Shown here: piece by piece, positions 40,357 through 42,793 of the stretch
How positions within the stretch are numbered: position 1 is the first letter of the stretch
Layout: each line of letters opens with the position of its first letter
DNA from: an uncultured Clostridia bacterium
GTDB lineage: Bacteria; Bacillota; Clostridia; Oscillospirales; Acutalibacteraceae
NCBI GenBank assembly: GCA_944384875.1
Contig: CALWVA010000001.1
Span: forward strand, 1-42,793
DNA: 42,793 nucleotides
Reading direction: 5' to 3'
Made by a program: the position numbers and the translations under genes
Notes under the pieces: model-generated
Database searches by the model: none
What the model saw: only the letters and a program-made list of their open reading frames with translations
What the model was told of the DNA's origin: nothing

Positions 40357-41598
40357 ATGAGTGCGGGAGACAATGGTTTCATTTTGATCTGCGCGGCCCT
40401 GGTATTCATTATGACACCCGGTCTGGCCTTTTTCTACGGAGGGCTGGTACGCCGGAAAAACGTCGTAAATACAATGATGGCCTGCGCGGGTATCATGGGG
40501 CTTTCAGTAGTTTTATGGGTAATCTGCGGATTTTCTCTGGCTTTCGGCGCCGATCACGGCGGCGTGATCGGTGGGCTGGAATATATCTGCCTGAATGGTT
40601 TGAGCTTTGAAGAGGTGAGTACATATGCGCCGACCCTTTCTTCTCTGACCTTCGTCGTATTCCAGATGATGTTCGCTATGATTACACCGGCGCTGATCAC
40701 CGGTTCTGTAGCGGGACGGATGCGGTACAAAGCACTGTTTATTTTTATTGCGCTTTGGTCACTGGTTGTGTATTATCCGTTGGCCCATATGGTCTGGGGA
40801 TCAGGCGGATTTTTGGCAGAATTGGGCTCGGTGGACTTTGCAGGCGGCAACGTGGTGCATATCAGTTCGGGCGTCAGCGGTCTGGTGTTGGCGATTTTGC
40901 TGGGCAGACGGCGCGGTGTCGAACACACCTCTTATCGTGTGCACAATATTCCGTTTGTATTTTTGGGCGCCGCATTGCTCTGGTTCGGGTGGTTTGGTTT
41001 CAATGCCGGTTCTGCCCTGGGCGCCAATGGCCTGGCAGCACACGCATTTTTGACAACGGCGCTTGCTTCCGGCACGGCGTTGCTGGTCTGGATGCTCATT
41101 GATGTGATCAAAGACGGCAAACCCACGTTGGTGGGCGCATCTACCGGGCTGGTCGTCGGTCTGGTTGCGATCACACCCGGCGCAGGTTTTGTTCCGGTTT
41201 GGGCGGCCATTATCATCGGTGCGGTCGTCAGCCCGTTGTGCTACTTTATGATGAACTTCTTAAAGAAGAAGCTGAAAATTGACGATGCGCTGGATGCTTT
41301 CGGATGTCATGGCATCGGCGGAATCTGGGGCGGCATAGCCACCGGTTTGTTTGCGCGGACAGATATCAATTCGGTTGCGCGCTGGAACGGCCTTGTATAT
41401 GGCGAGACCGGGCTGTTTACTGCACAGCTGATCAGTATTGTTGTTACGATTGCGGTTGCGGTCGTTGGCACGCTGGTATGCATCGGAATCACCAGAATCT
41501 TTACCAAACTGCGGGTTGAGCCGAAAGCAGAGCTGTTGGGTCTGGATACCACACAACATGGCGAGCGGGCATATCCGTCGTTTAATGGTCTTGACTGA
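40357..41598 (+). CDS. amt: Ammonium transporter (Amt family)
   Basis: GFILICAALVFIMTPGLAFFYGGLVRRKN, DFAGGNVVHISSGVSGL, FGWFGFNAGSAL and DDALDAFGCHGIGGIWG are canonical Amt signatures. A GGAGG SD lies 7 nt before ATG 40357. Confidence 0.95.
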   Translation: MSAGDNGFILICAALVFIMTPGLAFFYGGLVRRKNVVNTMMACAGIMGLSVVLWVICGFSLAFGADHGGVIGGLEYICLNGLSFEEVSTYAPTLSSLTFVVFQMMFAMITPALITGSVAGRMRYKALFIFIALWSLVVYYPLAHMVWGSGGFLAELGSVDFAGGNVVHISSGVSGLVLAILLGRRRGVEHTSYRVHNIPFVFLGAALLWFGWFGFNAGSALGANGLAAHAFLTTALASGTALLVWMLIDVIKDGKPTLVGASTGLVVGLVAITPGAGFVPVWAAIIIGAVVSPLCYFMMNFLKKKLKIDDALDAFGCHGIGGIWGGIATGLFARTDINSVARWNGLVYGETGLFTAQLISIVVTIAVAVVGTLVCIGITRIFTKLRVEPKAELLGLDTTQHGERAYPSFNGLD

Positions 41599-41616
41599 TG
41601 AGGAGGGTCTGCAATC

Positions 41617-41988
41617 ATGATGTATAAGGTTGAAGCGATTATCCGGGAAGAAAAACTCGAAGACATTAAAGAAGCGCTGCATGAAATCGAAGTAAACGGC
41701 GTAACGGTTTATCAGGTCATGGGCTTCGGCGCACAGCGGGGCTATACCACTGTGGTGCGTGGGCAGGAAGTCGATGTAATGATGCAGCCCAAGATCAAGC
41801 TGGAAATCGTGGTTTCTTCAGAAGAGTGGAAAAACAAAACGATTCAGAAAATTCAGGAGGTTGCCCGGACAGGCGAGGTCGGCGATGGAAAAATCTTTGC
41901 ATATGAAATCACCGACGCCATCAAGGTTCGGACCGGTGAAACCGGCTACGACGCACTGCAGTCTACAGACGAAACAGAGCAGGCGTAA
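41617..41988 (+). CDS. glnK: P-II nitrogen regulatory protein
   Basis: MYKVEAIIREEKLEDIKEAL...GVTVYQVMGFGAQRG...KIKLEIVV...ARTGEVGDGKIFAYEITDAIKVRTGE is the P-II fold signature. It lies immediately downstream of amt. Confidence 0.94.
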   Translation: MMYKVEAIIREEKLEDIKEALHEIEVNGVTVYQVMGFGAQRGYTTVVRGQEVDVMMQPKIKLEIVVSSEEWKNKTIQKIQEVARTGEVGDGKIFAYEITDAIKVRTGETGYDALQSTDETEQA

Positions 41989-42349
41989 GCCGAGAACCAA
42001 CTGAAAATTTAAGAGTGCTCCCATGTGTATGTGCGGCCGCTGTGCCGGACATCCCATTGGGAGCATTTTGCTGTCTGGAAATAAAGATCGTCTGTTGTTG
42101 AACAGCAGATGAAGCTTCAATAGATATTGGGAATTTTCGATGCATAGATTATACTTATTGTATTTACACGCTGTTTACATAACGATTGTGGAAAACTCTG
42201 TGGAAAATGTGAAAAAACCGGTTATTGTCGGCAAAAGCTTTTTGAAATTTCGTAAAAAATTCAATGATTCGGATTTTATGTATCCTTACCCGGAGTATAT
42301 GTAAAATTATAGTATATTTTGAAGTGGTGAAAAAGGTGTAAAGGGGGGA

Positions 42350-42378
42350 TTGACTTTATGTACAATGTGTGCTATAAC
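42350..42378 (+). promoter_or_regulatory. Candidate sigma-A promoter of the GH30 gene
   Basis: TTGACT (42350-42355), a 17-nt spacer, then TGcTATAAC (hexamer 42373-42378). Confidence 0.45.
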
Positions 42379-42431
42379 TGCTTTAAATTTAGAAGCATGT
42401 GGCCGGTTAACCGGAGAAAAGGTGAGGCTTT

Positions 42432-42793
42432 ATGTATCATATCAAACAGATGGTCCAGAGCGGGAAAAACAGTAAACAACCGCTGCATCAGCTGGCGGCG
42501 CCGGCGTTTGTTTTTAAGCCTGATGCGGAAGAGCATATCGTCAATCTATATCCCGAAATCCGCTATCAGCGGATTATCGGATTTGGCAGCGCGCTGACGG
42601 ACGCGGCGGCCTGCAATTACGCCAAGATGCGCGAGCAGACCCGACAGGCGTTCATCCGCGCGTTTTTTGATCCGGCGCAGGGATTGGGATATACGCTGTG
42701 CCGGCTGCATATCAACTCCTGTGATTTTTCGGCGCAGGAATACACCTATACGGCTGACGGCGATATGTCGCTGGACAGCTTTTCGGTGGCGCA
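42432..42793 (+). CDS. Glycoside hydrolase family 30 (glucosylceramidase/O-glycosyl hydrolase-like), 5' partial; runs off the window
   Basis: My own translation from ATG 42432 gives MYHIKQMVQSGKNSKQPLHQLAAPAFVFKPDAEEHIVNLYPEIRYQRIIGFGSALTDAAACNYAKMREQTRQAFIRAFFDPAQGLGYTLCRLHINSCDFSAQEYTYT.... [QR].I.GFG.A.TDAAA and G.GY...R..I.S.DFS are GH30 N-terminal blocks. The frame is open to the end of the window and is absent from the ORF track, presumably because there is no stop codon. Confidence 0.78.
   Translation, partial: MYHIKQMVQSGKNSKQPLHQLAAPAFVFKPDAEEHIVNLYPEIRYQRIIGFGSALTDAAACNYAKMREQTRQAFIRAFFDPAQGLGYTLCRLHINSCDFSAQEYTYTADGDMSLDSFSVA

Noticed and set aside
41617-41988. P-II protein lacks the Tyr51 uridylylation site (the T-loop reads RGQEV, with Val at the aligned position).
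   Set aside because: This is also the case for B. subtilis GlnK/NrgB and many Firmicutes P-II proteins, which are not regulated by uridylylation. It is not unusual.
42358-42597. 79-aa ORF from the ORF track upstream of and overlapping the GH30 start.
   Set aside because: It is in a different frame from the GH30-like reading frame that stays open to the window end and carries family motifs. It also starts inside the predicted promoter.

Overview
Gene-dense chromosomal segment from an endospore-forming, fairly GC-rich Clostridia genome. The taxon is inferred from spoIIGA-sigE, an Rnf complex and a cohesin-bearing surface protein, which look Oscillospiraceae/Ruminococcaceae-like. Order of content: (1) minus-strand rnfCDGEAB followed by an ArsC/Spx-family gene. 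(2) A plus-strand operon: rlmB, a 996-aa membrane protein that looks like a catalytically dead P-type ATPase behind a ~440-aa disordered N-terminus, a degenerate LCP-like protein, and a small Asp/Cys-rich membrane protein. (3) A TVP38/DedA-like protein, a CarD-family regulator, a 3-methyladenine glycosylase, a solitary initiator tRNA and a flavin reductase. (4) A heterodimeric ABC exporter. (5) pth-mfd. (6) A DUF2325 gene, rlmA and livHMGF. (7) glgA and spoIIGA-sigE. (8) A 1074-aa surface protein with three ~172-aa repeats, a cohesin-like module and a C-terminal membrane anchor. (9) An orphan livJ-like binding protein, fba, amt-glnK and the 5' end of a GH30 gene. I found no CRISPR array, rRNA, transposase, integrase or recognisable defence genes. 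The most unusual items are: a tandem 120-bp structured element carrying back-to-back extended -10 boxes upstream of the ABC exporter; the pseudo-ATPase/pseudo-LCP gene pair; the cohesin scaffoldin-like gene with a near-identical internal 522-bp duplication; and several promoter-plus-structured-leader regions (DUF2325, amt, carD, downstream of sigE) that match no RNA family I recognise. All family calls are by-eye motif recognition on the supplied translations; nothing was searched against a database.
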